This document shows positions 39,644 through 47,788 of a stretch of DNA of 64,000 bases, piece by piece. Under the pieces are notes generated by a model that had not been told where the DNA came from, ran no database searches, and saw only the letters and a list, made by a program, of their open reading frames with translations. The DNA comes from Arenicellales bacterium. GTDB lineage: Bacteria; Pseudomonadota; Gammaproteobacteria; Arenicellales; JAJDZL01. Location of the stretch: contig OZ220493.1 in assembly GCA_965116205.1 (NCBI GenBank), positions 2,165,072 through 2,229,071 on the forward strand, written 5' to 3'. Both the position numbers and the translations under genes were made by a program. The stretch's first letter is position 1. The number at the start of each line of letters is the position of its first letter.

Positions 39644-40456
39644 ATGATGCATCAACCTCGCGCCAAACTGAAGGCTTTGCCAGTCTACTCGGTACTGTAT
39701 CTGATTTTTCTTTACGCGCCAGTTGCGGTTTTGCCGCTCTTTTCTTTCAACGATTCACAGTACATTACCTTTCCGCTGTTGGGATTCACTTTGAAATGGT
39801 ATGCGCAGTTGGCGGACAGCCAAGGTTTGCAGAACGCTCTGTTGAACAGTTTGAAAGTAGGATTGTCTGTAGCCTTTCTGAGTACGATTCTGGGTATATT
39901 TGCGGCCAAGGCAGTCACCCGATATCGGATGCGAAGAAGCGGTATGCTGATCAGTTTTATCATGGTGCCATTGGTTATTCCAGAAATTATTCTCGGCATC
40001 TCTTTGTTAATGACCTTTAGTATCGGCGGATTGAAACTGTCATTAATTACCGTAGGGATCGGACACCTGATGCTCTGTACACCATTTGCGATGTTGGTGC
40101 TGATTTCCAGAATGGAAGGTTTCGACAAAAGCTACGAAGAAGCCGCACAGGACCTAGGGGAAAATGCCTGGTGGACCTTCTGGCGCGTTACATTTCCCAT
40201 CATTCTGCCGGGCGTGGTGGCGAGTTTTCTCCTGACGTTTACCATATCTTTTGACGAATTCATTCTGGCGTTTTTTCTGGCTGGTACCGATGCAACCTTA
40301 CCATTACATATCTGGAGTCAGTTACGCTTCCCGGACAAATTACCGTCAGTATTGGCCCTCGGTGCAATCATTGTGATACTGTCGATGGTGGTGATTTTTA
40401 TCGCTGAATATGTCCGGCGGCGCGGCGTTGATCTCAGTAAGAAATCAAAGGTGTAG
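39644..40456 (+). CDS. PotC-like ABC permease
   Basis: I set the start at ATG 39644, 2 nt after the upstream stop. The EAA loop is MEGFDKSYEEAAQDLGENAWWTFWRVTFPIILPG. Confidence 0.85.
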   Translation: MMHQPRAKLKALPVYSVLYLIFLYAPVAVLPLFSFNDSQYITFPLLGFTLKWYAQLADSQGLQNALLNSLKVGLSVAFLSTILGIFAAKAVTRYRMRRSGMLISFIMVPLVIPEIILGISLLMTFSIGGLKLSLITVGIGHLMLCTPFAMLVLISRMEGFDKSYEEAAQDLGENAWWTFWRVTFPIILPGVVASFLLTFTISFDEFILAFFLAGTDATLPLHIWSQLRFPDKLPSVLALGAIIVILSMVVIFIAEYVRRRGVDLSKKSKV

Positions 40457-40460
40457 TCCA

Positions 40461-41561
40461 GTGTCTGACTTTATCATTTCAATTGATCATGTGGTTAAGG
40501 ATTTTGGCAACGTCCGTGCGGTGAATAACGCACAATTGGATGTCCTGAAGGGTGAGTTTTTTTCACTGCTAGGTCCGTCGGGTTGTGGCAAGACAACATT
40601 GTTGCGGATGCTGGCCGGTTTTGAACTGCCAACTGAGGGCAAAATTGAGATTGATGGGCAGGATGTGACGCTATCACCACCGAATGACCGGCCGGTCAAT
40701 ATGGTTTTTCAGAATTACGCCATTTTCCCCCATCTGAACGTAGCTCAGAATATCGCTTTTGGTATGCGCAAGTCAGGTTTATCGAAACCAGAGTTGGCAG
40801 CGCGGATTGAGCAAATGTTGGATTTGATTAAATTATCCGGTTACGGTGACCGGGGTGCCAATGAACTCTCAGGAGGGCAGCGTCAACGTGTTGCGTTGGC
40901 GAGAGCGTTGATTAAACAGCCCAAAGTTTTGCTTTTGGATGAACCGCTCGGTGCACTGGACAAAAAACTCCGCGAACAGATGCAGATTGAACTACGCATG
41001 CTACAGCAGCAAGTGGGCATCACTTTTATATTTGTAACGCACGATCAAGAGGAAGCATTGACACTTTCTGATCGAATCGCAGTGATGGACCAGGGGAACA
41101 TCATTGAAGTATCAACCCCCGGACTACTGTATGAACAACCCAAATCAAGATTCGTCGCCGACTTCATCGGCACGATGAATTTTTTCGACTGCAAACTGCA
41201 GGATTTTTCCGATGGTTTGGCACTGGGACAGTCCGCGGAGTTGGGTGAAGTTCGCATTGAGACCGAGCAGTCTGTGGTAACACCTGGCAGTCCATTTGCG
41301 CTCGCCATTCGACCGGAAAAATTTTCTCTATCATTTGAGCAGCCCGACCAGACGAATAATCGCGTCAAAGGACGTATGGGACCGTCGGCATACTTGGGCG
41401 ACCGCAGTCACTTTTACATTCATATTGAAGGGCGCGAAACTCCGATTTCAGTCGCTTTGCAGAATCTAACCGGTGTATTAGACCAGGGGTACGGCACCGA
41501 CCGAGAAGTATGGTTGACCTGGTCCAATGACAGCGCAGTGATGCTACCTATGGAAGAATGA
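40461..41561 (+). CDS. PotA-like ABC transporter ATP-binding protein
   Basis: I set the start at GTG 40461, just after the upstream stop. Motifs: Walker A GPSGCGKTT, signature LSGGQRQRVALARAL, Walker B LLLDEPLGALD, and a C-terminal TOBE-like domain. Confidence 0.9.
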   Translation: MSDFIISIDHVVKDFGNVRAVNNAQLDVLKGEFFSLLGPSGCGKTTLLRMLAGFELPTEGKIEIDGQDVTLSPPNDRPVNMVFQNYAIFPHLNVAQNIAFGMRKSGLSKPELAARIEQMLDLIKLSGYGDRGANELSGGQRQRVALARALIKQPKVLLLDEPLGALDKKLREQMQIELRMLQQQVGITFIFVTHDQEEALTLSDRIAVMDQGNIIEVSTPGLLYEQPKSRFVADFIGTMNFFDCKLQDFSDGLALGQSAELGEVRIETEQSVVTPGSPFALAIRPEKFSLSFEQPDQTNNRVKGRMGPSAYLGDRSHFYIHIEGRETPISVALQNLTGVLDQGYGTDREVWLTWSNDSAVMLPMEE

Positions 41562-42529
41562 ATCAACCATCAGTGACGAAAGTATATGTTGATGGTCAGG
41601 CCGGTACCACTGCACTTCAAGTGGCCGATCTTCTCAAAAAGCGATCTGACATCAAACTCATTCGCTTGCCTGATGCTGACAGAAAAGTGGCAAGTGCACG
41701 TCGGGAAGCCATTGGCGAATCGGATGTAACGATTCTTTGTCTGCCAGACGAGGCGGCTCGTCAGGCCGTCGAATGGGCAAGGGAGTCTGGTACTCGGGTA
41801 ATTGATACCAGTACCGCACACCGAGTAGCGCATCATTGGAATTTTGGTATGCCGGAACTTTCCCCGACCAGTCGGCAGGCACTTCGGTCAGCTAACACAG
41901 TCGCCAATCCGGGCTGTTATCCGACCGGTGTTATTCTGCTGTTGCGGCCACTGCTCGAAGAAGCGGTGCTTGCACCGGACTGCCGATTGAGCATTCATGC
42001 ACTGTCGGGATATTCCGGCGGCGGCCGAAGTCTCATCGAAACTTGGGAAAATCCAGATAACCCGTTGCTGGCAATACCATTTTCTACACCCTACGCGCTC
42101 GATCGCCGGCACAAACATATTCCAGAAATCATGAAATATTCTGGGTTGCAATGTGAGCCGCAGTTTCTTCCTAGAGTGGGGCCTTTTTTCAAAGGCATGC
42201 GGGTTGAAATTCCACTACATGCGGGTTGGCTTGAAGACGCGGGCGCGAATCGAATTGACAACATATTTACAGCACTTGAAGTACGTTATCGGAATGAGCC
42301 ATTTGTTCGTTTGCGTCAGTTACGATCAGAAACGATTGATCAGTACACTTTTGACCCTAGGCGATGTAACGATACGAATCGAATTGAGTTGACGGTCTGT
42401 GATCATCCCTCTGGACACACACTGTTGGTGGCGATACTTGATAATTTGGGCAAGGGTGCAAGCGGAGCTGCAGTGCAATGTATGAACTTGATGATTGGTG
42501 TTGACGAAGGACGGGGGTTACATGTTTAA
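41558..42529 (+). CDS. argC: N-acetyl-gamma-glutamyl-phosphate reductase, short (type 2) form
   Basis: 323 aa with the active-site motif ANPGCYPTG and the C-terminal LDNLGKGASGAAVQCMNLM. It is colinear with type-2 ArgC. Its ATG overlaps the potA-like stop (ATGA). Confidence 0.85.
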   Translation: MNQPSVTKVYVDGQAGTTALQVADLLKKRSDIKLIRLPDADRKVASARREAIGESDVTILCLPDEAARQAVEWARESGTRVIDTSTAHRVAHHWNFGMPELSPTSRQALRSANTVANPGCYPTGVILLLRPLLEEAVLAPDCRLSIHALSGYSGGGRSLIETWENPDNPLLAIPFSTPYALDRRHKHIPEIMKYSGLQCEPQFLPRVGPFFKGMRVEIPLHAGWLEDAGANRIDNIFTALEVRYRNEPFVRLRQLRSETIDQYTFDPRRCNDTNRIELTVCDHPSGHTLLVAILDNLGKGASGAAVQCMNLMIGVDEGRGLHV

Positions 42530-42589
42530 GGTCTGCTGTCGGGCCAGATTTGATTGCGACAGTGGAGTTTGAACCATCGTAGGGTTTTA

Positions 42590-43484
42590 CCATTTTTACC
42601 AGTTCAGTAACAATCTGTCGGACGATAGCAGGCCCCTGAAAAACTAGGGTTGTATAAATCTGTGATGCAATCGCGCCGGCGAGGAGTTTGTTCTGGGCAT
42701 CTTCGGCTGAACTGATTCCACCGACCTCAATGATTGGAATCTTACCCTGGATAGTATCTGTTAGCCTTCGAATGATAGCGGTTGAACGACCTCTCAATAA
42801 TGATCACAGATCTACCGGTCTTGAGTGTAGTGCTTATGATGAAACGGTGCACTTCGTGCAGTAGTCGTATTAGTGGCAACCAAGACATTGATTTGATGTT
42901 TGAGAGAAATATCAGCAATACAGTCGACCTCATCTGTTTCGAGATTCGGTGAGACTTTTACGGCGATGGGTAGAAACTTACCATCATAGTGGCTGACCAG
43001 ATCATTTCAATGTTCCATGATGGAATGGATAAGTTGGTCGTATTCGAATTCCTGCTATAGTAATCTGAGTTCCGGTGTATTCGGTGAAGACAAATTAACG
43101 ACAGCTAGTTTGCATAAGCATATATGGCATCCGGACATTTGACATAGTCTTCAATGGCGCGATCATTGGGGAACCGTTCCAATTTCAATCAGTCCGAATC
43201 CCAAGGTAACCAGCGCGGGGTAGGCACCGCCATTTTTCAAATCCGGCAGCCGGCCCGATTGGATTTCTCTATGGTCTGCCAAAAATGTTAATCGGTAAGT
43301 CAGTTACCTGATTGCGAAAGAGTGTCATTAGACCGACATTCAGCATTTGACTGTCTGAGAACTTTTCAAGGAGTTTGATGGTTGTTCGATGAACCTGCTC
43401 GAGGTCCATGTTTACAAGCATGGGTTGAAGCAATTTGTAACTGGAAAATTTCAAAAAGACTCGTTTTGTCTCAATGGTCGCCAT
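42590..43484 (-). pseudogene. pyrD: decayed dihydroorotate dehydrogenase (quinone) gene
   Basis: Minus-strand translation gives PyrD-colinear pieces. These include LLQPMLVNMDLEQVH, NTPELRLL*QEFEYDQLIHSIMEH*NDLVSHYDGKFLPIAVKVSPNLETDEVDCIADISLKHQINVLVATNTT, and LRGRSTAIIRRLTDTIQGKIPIIEVGGISSAEDAQNKLLAGAIASQIYTTLVFQGP. In-frame stops lie at 43055-43057 (TAG), 43007-43009 (TGA) and 42812-42814 (TAG). At least two frameshifts occur around 42790-42830. Confidence 0.85.
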
Positions 43485-44212
43485 TGCCCGATGGGTAGAG
43501 GTCCCAACTTGATATCGCCAATGCGAACTCTTTTTAGTCCGATGACAGTAAGTCCAACCTGGTCACACATTCGCCTGATTTGACGTTTTCGGCCTTCCGT
43601 GAGAATCATACGAAAATAGTTGCGATCCAGCAGTTCAACTTTGGCCGGTGCTAATTTGACTTTGTCAAGACTTAGTCCAAACTTTAGGCGATTGATTTGT
43701 TCTGTATGAATATCCTGATTGACTCGCACCAGGTATTCTTTTTCGATCATCGAGTCAGGTGCGATCAGTTGCTTCGCAATTCGCCCATCCTGCGTGAGGA
43801 CTAGGAGACCGGTCGAGTCGATGTCGAGTCGGCCAGCTGGCGCTAAACCTTTAATAGGCCATTGAATTTTAAATCCTTTTTCTTCTTTACTGTTGTGATG
43901 CCGGTTACTTTGCGTTACCAATGACATCGCCGGTCGGTAGTGATTTTCAGGTTGTCCGGAAACATAGCCGATGGGCTTGTTCAGGAGAATTGTGATGAGT
44001 TTTTTCTGATAGGAATGAGCTCTCGGGTCAAGTACGATATGGCATATCTCGCTGACCGTAGTGCCCTGCTCATGGACTATTTCGCCATTCACTTTCAGCC
44101 AGCCCTTTGCAATAAAGAATTCAGCTTCTCGGCGAGAACAGATTCCTTTTTGTGATAAGTACTTAGACAGTCTGATGGATTCTACAGTCATTTGACTAAG
44201 AGTGAACGACAC
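43451..44212 (-). CDS. RsuA/RluF-family rRNA pseudouridine synthase
   Basis: 253 aa. It has an N-terminal S4 domain (IRLSKYLSQKGICSRREAEFFI), the catalytic GRLDIDSTGLLVLT, and EKEYLV and GRKRQIRRMC motifs. Confidence 0.88.
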   Translation of the reverse strand: MSFTLSQMTVESIRLSKYLSQKGICSRREAEFFIAKGWLKVNGEIVHEQGTTVSEICHIVLDPRAHSYQKKLITILLNKPIGYVSGQPENHYRPAMSLVTQSNRHHNSKEEKGFKIQWPIKGLAPAGRLDIDSTGLLVLTQDGRIAKQLIAPDSMIEKEYLVRVNQDIHTEQINRLKFGLSLDKVKLAPAKVELLDRNYFRMILTEGRKRQIRRMCDQVGLTVIGLKRVRIGDIKLGPLPIGQWRPLRQNESF

Positions 44213-44368
44213 AGTGGTATTCTGATGCCGGATTATGTGAAATATCCATTATTGTCCGAAGAGATGACAATGAAGACGATGTATTACGCAGTTGAATCAT
44301 CAAAAATGAAAATTATTTCACTGGGTACAGAGGTCGAACAGCGTTGCTAGGGCGCATCGTTACCCTTA

Positions 44369-46375
44369 CTAAATTTGCTCTATGATCTCTTCAATCTGAT
44401 CGAATTTCTTACTCTTGGCGAGGTATTCCGAATAGGCATTTTGTGCGCCTTTTATGAGAGTATCGTAATGAACAATTCGACTACCGGGAGAGATAACCGC
44501 CATCGATCGTGTAACAAGATCAGGGTCGTTACTCCCCTCTTCCATCAATTTTCCCAAAACGAAGACAACTTGGATTGTTGGAGATTTGTCTCCTTGATTG
44601 AGCAGTATTTTTTTCAGTATTTTAGAATAGTTCAATCCTTGGTCGACTAATTCCAGGAGTTTTACTTTCCGTCCGGCTCTTTTCAGTTCAACGATAATGT
44701 GAGTTCCTGCATAGGTCCGGTAGGCAATATCAACACGGCTGAGTTTTTCCTTTTCCGTTAAGTCATCAATAATCATCTTCTCCTTGGCGAGCCGCGATTC
44801 CATTTCTTCACTACCGGTAGCTCGTTCCCATGCTGGATCAAGGAGCCAGAGATGGTCAAACAAATACTTTTGTAAAACTCTTTCTTTGCCATCTTCGTTG
44901 ACGATACCTTGAAAATCTTTGATCACATTCAGCCGCGATTTAACAATCTCTCGATAGAGCGTTGCTTCCATTGCGTCTCGGTCTGCAAGAACTTCCAAAA
45001 GTTTGTTGATATCTTGTATGCCGGCGACAAACTCTTCGGTTGATTCTCGAATCCGCATCCGTTCGAATGCCAGGATACCGTGTCGGTATAGGGTCTTTCG
45101 ATCGTCGTTATTTTCAACTGGAAGGGCACTGAGGTTGGCAATCATTTTTTCAGCGCTTTTCTTAGAACCTGCCGGCAGGGATTCAAACCACTTGATCAGT
45201 ATTGGGGAATTTTCCTTCGCAATTTTCACTTCATGTTGACTTCTCCACTCGGACCAGCGTTTTTCGACTCGTTTTAGACTGGATTTTAGAAAAGACAATA
45301 ACTGAGTATAACGCTCGTCATCTTCCTGCATGCGCTGGCGGTCGCTGGTCGCGATATCCGGTTCATTATCTTGGTCAAGAAAATCAGCCTCAATCTGTCC
45401 AGTCAGGTACTTCGTATAGAGGTGACCATTATTCACCTTATCAAGAATATTTTCATGGATCAGGCGACCGCGGGCAAACACCACTATACTGTTTAGGTTA
45501 CCAGTATCCCTGCTATCCAACTGCTTGGGAAAACGCGCGGTCCCAAGCCAACCAGAGATCTGCCAATCTTTCGGCCAATCATCCATTCGGTTCGGTAACT
45601 CTTCAGATTCACAAAGGTTGGATGAGTACTCCGGGATCAGATCTAACTTGCCGAATGACCAAATGAATTGTGCAATACAAAGGTCTTCTCGCTCATTTTT
45701 GGTGATTGGTTGGCCATCAATTATGACCTCGAAGTTATGACGCTTGCCGATGATTGAGAAACGTCGTGCCAACCGCTTCCGCAATGCTTTGATTCTAGCA
45801 CCTAGCCTTTGTCGTTTGACTGCGTTCAGTAGTATCTTTGTGCCTTTGTGAACGGTTATTTCATCTTGCGACAAAGCGTCTGGCTGATAAGATTGTTGAT
45901 TTCTTTTTAGCGACTCGCGGATACCATCAACAAGAATGCGACAACCATGGTATTGGCCATCCTTAGTAGACTGTACTTCGATTATTTCGGCAATTGAAAA
46001 CAATGAGAGTTTACCCAGTCCTTTGCGTCCCATCACCGGTCGGCCTTTTTTTGTGAATTTGCCGGTTTCGTTATCTTCATCACGTCGGCGGTAACCGACG
46101 CGAAGATACTTGTCATTCATATCTTGGAACGTCATGCCGACGCCATCATCAACAATTTCTATCCGTTTCTCTTCCTGATCAACATTGATTGCAACATTTT
46201 CAGCATCCGCATCCCATGCATTGGCAACCACCTCTGTCAGCACGGCGGCAATATTACTATAGAGATTGATACCGAGGTGTTCAAAAACATTGAGGTCGAC
46301 TGCCATTTGATATTCATCGTCGCATCTGTCGGTTACAGGTTGAAAATTCGATAGTCTTTGTGAATTCTTATTCAT
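44369..46375 (-). CDS. GHKL (MORC/paraMORC-like, HATPase_c_3-type) ATPase fused to a C-terminal PD-(D/E)xK-like nuclease module
   Basis: 668 aa. Bergerat motifs: N-box TEVVANAWDADAENV (E48, N52, D55), G1 IVDDGVGM (76-81), G2 GRKGLGKLSLF (116-126). The C-terminus has RVDIAYRTYAGTHIIVELKRAG (D549...E563-x-K565). A GGAG SD lies upstream of the ATG. The gene lies 110 bp downstream of a Dcm-type methyltransferase on the same strand. Confidence 0.7.
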   Translation of the reverse strand: MNKNSQRLSNFQPVTDRCDDEYQMAVDLNVFEHLGINLYSNIAAVLTEVVANAWDADAENVAINVDQEEKRIEIVDDGVGMTFQDMNDKYLRVGYRRRDEDNETGKFTKKGRPVMGRKGLGKLSLFSIAEIIEVQSTKDGQYHGCRILVDGIRESLKRNQQSYQPDALSQDEITVHKGTKILLNAVKRQRLGARIKALRKRLARRFSIIGKRHNFEVIIDGQPITKNEREDLCIAQFIWSFGKLDLIPEYSSNLCESEELPNRMDDWPKDWQISGWLGTARFPKQLDSRDTGNLNSIVVFARGRLIHENILDKVNNGHLYTKYLTGQIEADFLDQDNEPDIATSDRQRMQEDDERYTQLLSFLKSSLKRVEKRWSEWRSQHEVKIAKENSPILIKWFESLPAGSKKSAEKMIANLSALPVENNDDRKTLYRHGILAFERMRIRESTEEFVAGIQDINKLLEVLADRDAMEATLYREIVKSRLNVIKDFQGIVNEDGKERVLQKYLFDHLWLLDPAWERATGSEEMESRLAKEKMIIDDLTEKEKLSRVDIAYRTYAGTHIIVELKRAGRKVKLLELVDQGLNYSKILKKILLNQGDKSPTIQVVFVLGKLMEEGSNDPDLVTRSMAVISPGSRIVHYDTLIKGAQNAYSEYLAKSKKFDQIEEIIEQI

Positions 46376-46485
46376 TGCCTTCTCCGTTTGAGATCAAAAT
46401 TTGCGCCATGGGTATTTTCGTATAGATTGCGAGTACGGTTTACTCAGCATTGAAGTTTGTTTTGTTACCCAGTGAAGAAGACAGA

Positions 46486-47595
46486 TTATGCGACTCTTTT
46501 CTGTGCATCAAGCCATTCCTCCACATGAAACAGGATGCTTTTGCCAATCGCTGCGCCGAGTTTGACAGGAACGGCATTGCCGATCAGACGGGCGACAGTG
46601 TTCCGGTTAATGGAAATACCTTTTGGTGCAAATTTGTACGCTCTCGGAAAACTCTGTAAAATGGCGCCCTCACGAAGAGAAATGGCACGGTCCTGCTCCG
46701 GATGTCCAAACCGTCCATTCCCGAAGCCATAATACTGTGTTGTCATCGTTGGTGCGGGGTCTGTCCAAGTCATCCGACCATAAACGCTACCGTAAGTCTT
46801 TCCTGATTTCTTCCGATGGCACAGGGCGCGGAGGTTTTCGTCCCAATCTCGCCAGGTCCCACCAGGCTTTGATGCGCGAATACGTTTCAGGTTGAGCAGT
46901 GACAATCCACATGCTGAATGTAATGGGTCGTCTACGTAAGTTTCTCCGGCCCTCAAAGGTGGCATTTTATTGATAGCATCCCAGACCGTTTTATGGCAAC
47001 CCATTGGTGTTGTGGGGCTGATAAGTTGAATGGAGGCAATCGTCGAAGCCAGCAGAACGAGCCTTTTTCGATGCTGTGGAACACCATAGTCAGCGCAGTT
47101 GACGACACTGTGGAAAATATGAAATTCACCATCTTTCAGAGTCTCTATGAAATCCATAAACACTTCTTGACGTTCTAGAAGTGGAACATTTTCCATCGTA
47201 ACAAGATGTGGTCTACACTCTTCAATAAGACGCGAAAAGTGGTTGAGAAGATTCCAGCGCCGGTCCTTAGGACTGGACCAAGATTGGTTGTAGGTTGAAA
47301 ATGGCTGACAGGGTGCACAGCCGGCTAGCAGTTTGAAGGAACCTTTGTCGAAGTGCCCAGCAACATCGGTTGCTGAGACCTTCTCAACCGACATCAACTT
47401 AAATGCAGCATTATTGTTTTTGGTGTAAGGATATTCGCAGGCTGGATCAATATCAACGCCAAGTCTGACATCGATATTGACACTTTCCAGTCCATGTGTA
47501 AGCCCGCCAGCTCCGCAAAAAAGATCAACACCGTGGATGGATGCCGCGATTTGCTTTAGCTTCTTTTGTTGCGTCGATTGATTTTGCTGGGGCAC
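46486..47595 (-). CDS. dcm: DNA (cytosine-5)-methyltransferase
   Basis: All canonical m5C motifs are present: I DLFCGAGG, IV CAPCQPFS, VI MENV, VIII QHRKRLV, X GNAVP. The stop is firm at 46486. The start is uncertain. The ORF-track start 47916 overlaps purB by 128 nt and has no ATG before motif I. I chose GTG 47595, 22 codons before motif I. Confidence 0.85.
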   Translation of the reverse strand: MPQQNQSTQQKKLKQIAASIHGVDLFCGAGGLTHGLESVNIDVRLGVDIDPACEYPYTKNNNAAFKLMSVEKVSATDVAGHFDKGSFKLLAGCAPCQPFSTYNQSWSSPKDRRWNLLNHFSRLIEECRPHLVTMENVPLLERQEVFMDFIETLKDGEFHIFHSVVNCADYGVPQHRKRLVLLASTIASIQLISPTTPMGCHKTVWDAINKMPPLRAGETYVDDPLHSACGLSLLNLKRIRASKPGGTWRDWDENLRALCHRKKSGKTYGSVYGRMTWTDPAPTMTTQYYGFGNGRFGHPEQDRAISLREGAILQSFPRAYKFAPKGISINRNTVARLIGNAVPVKLGAAIGKSILFHVEEWLDAQKRVA

Positions 47596-47788
47596 TGAGG
47601 GATCAATTTTTGATAAAGAAGAAAAATATGCATTTCTTTTCTTTTTGAGAAATTGTATATCAATTGACAGGCTATCTTCTCTGAAGAAATGAAGTTGATT
47701 CTTGAAAATTATCAGTCGTATTCGACAGAATGAGTGGGTTTTTGCAAAGATTCGAGTAAGCGATAATTTGTCAGCAAACCTCCTGAAT

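Noticed and set aside
42357-42589. The 3' part of the 146-aa minus-strand ORF (42357-42797), which reads antisense into argC.
   Set aside because: PyrD homology ends near 42600 (…IVRQIVTEL). The rest is read-through after loss of the native stop and overlaps a well-supported argC, so it is treated as part of the pseudogene tail rather than a gene.
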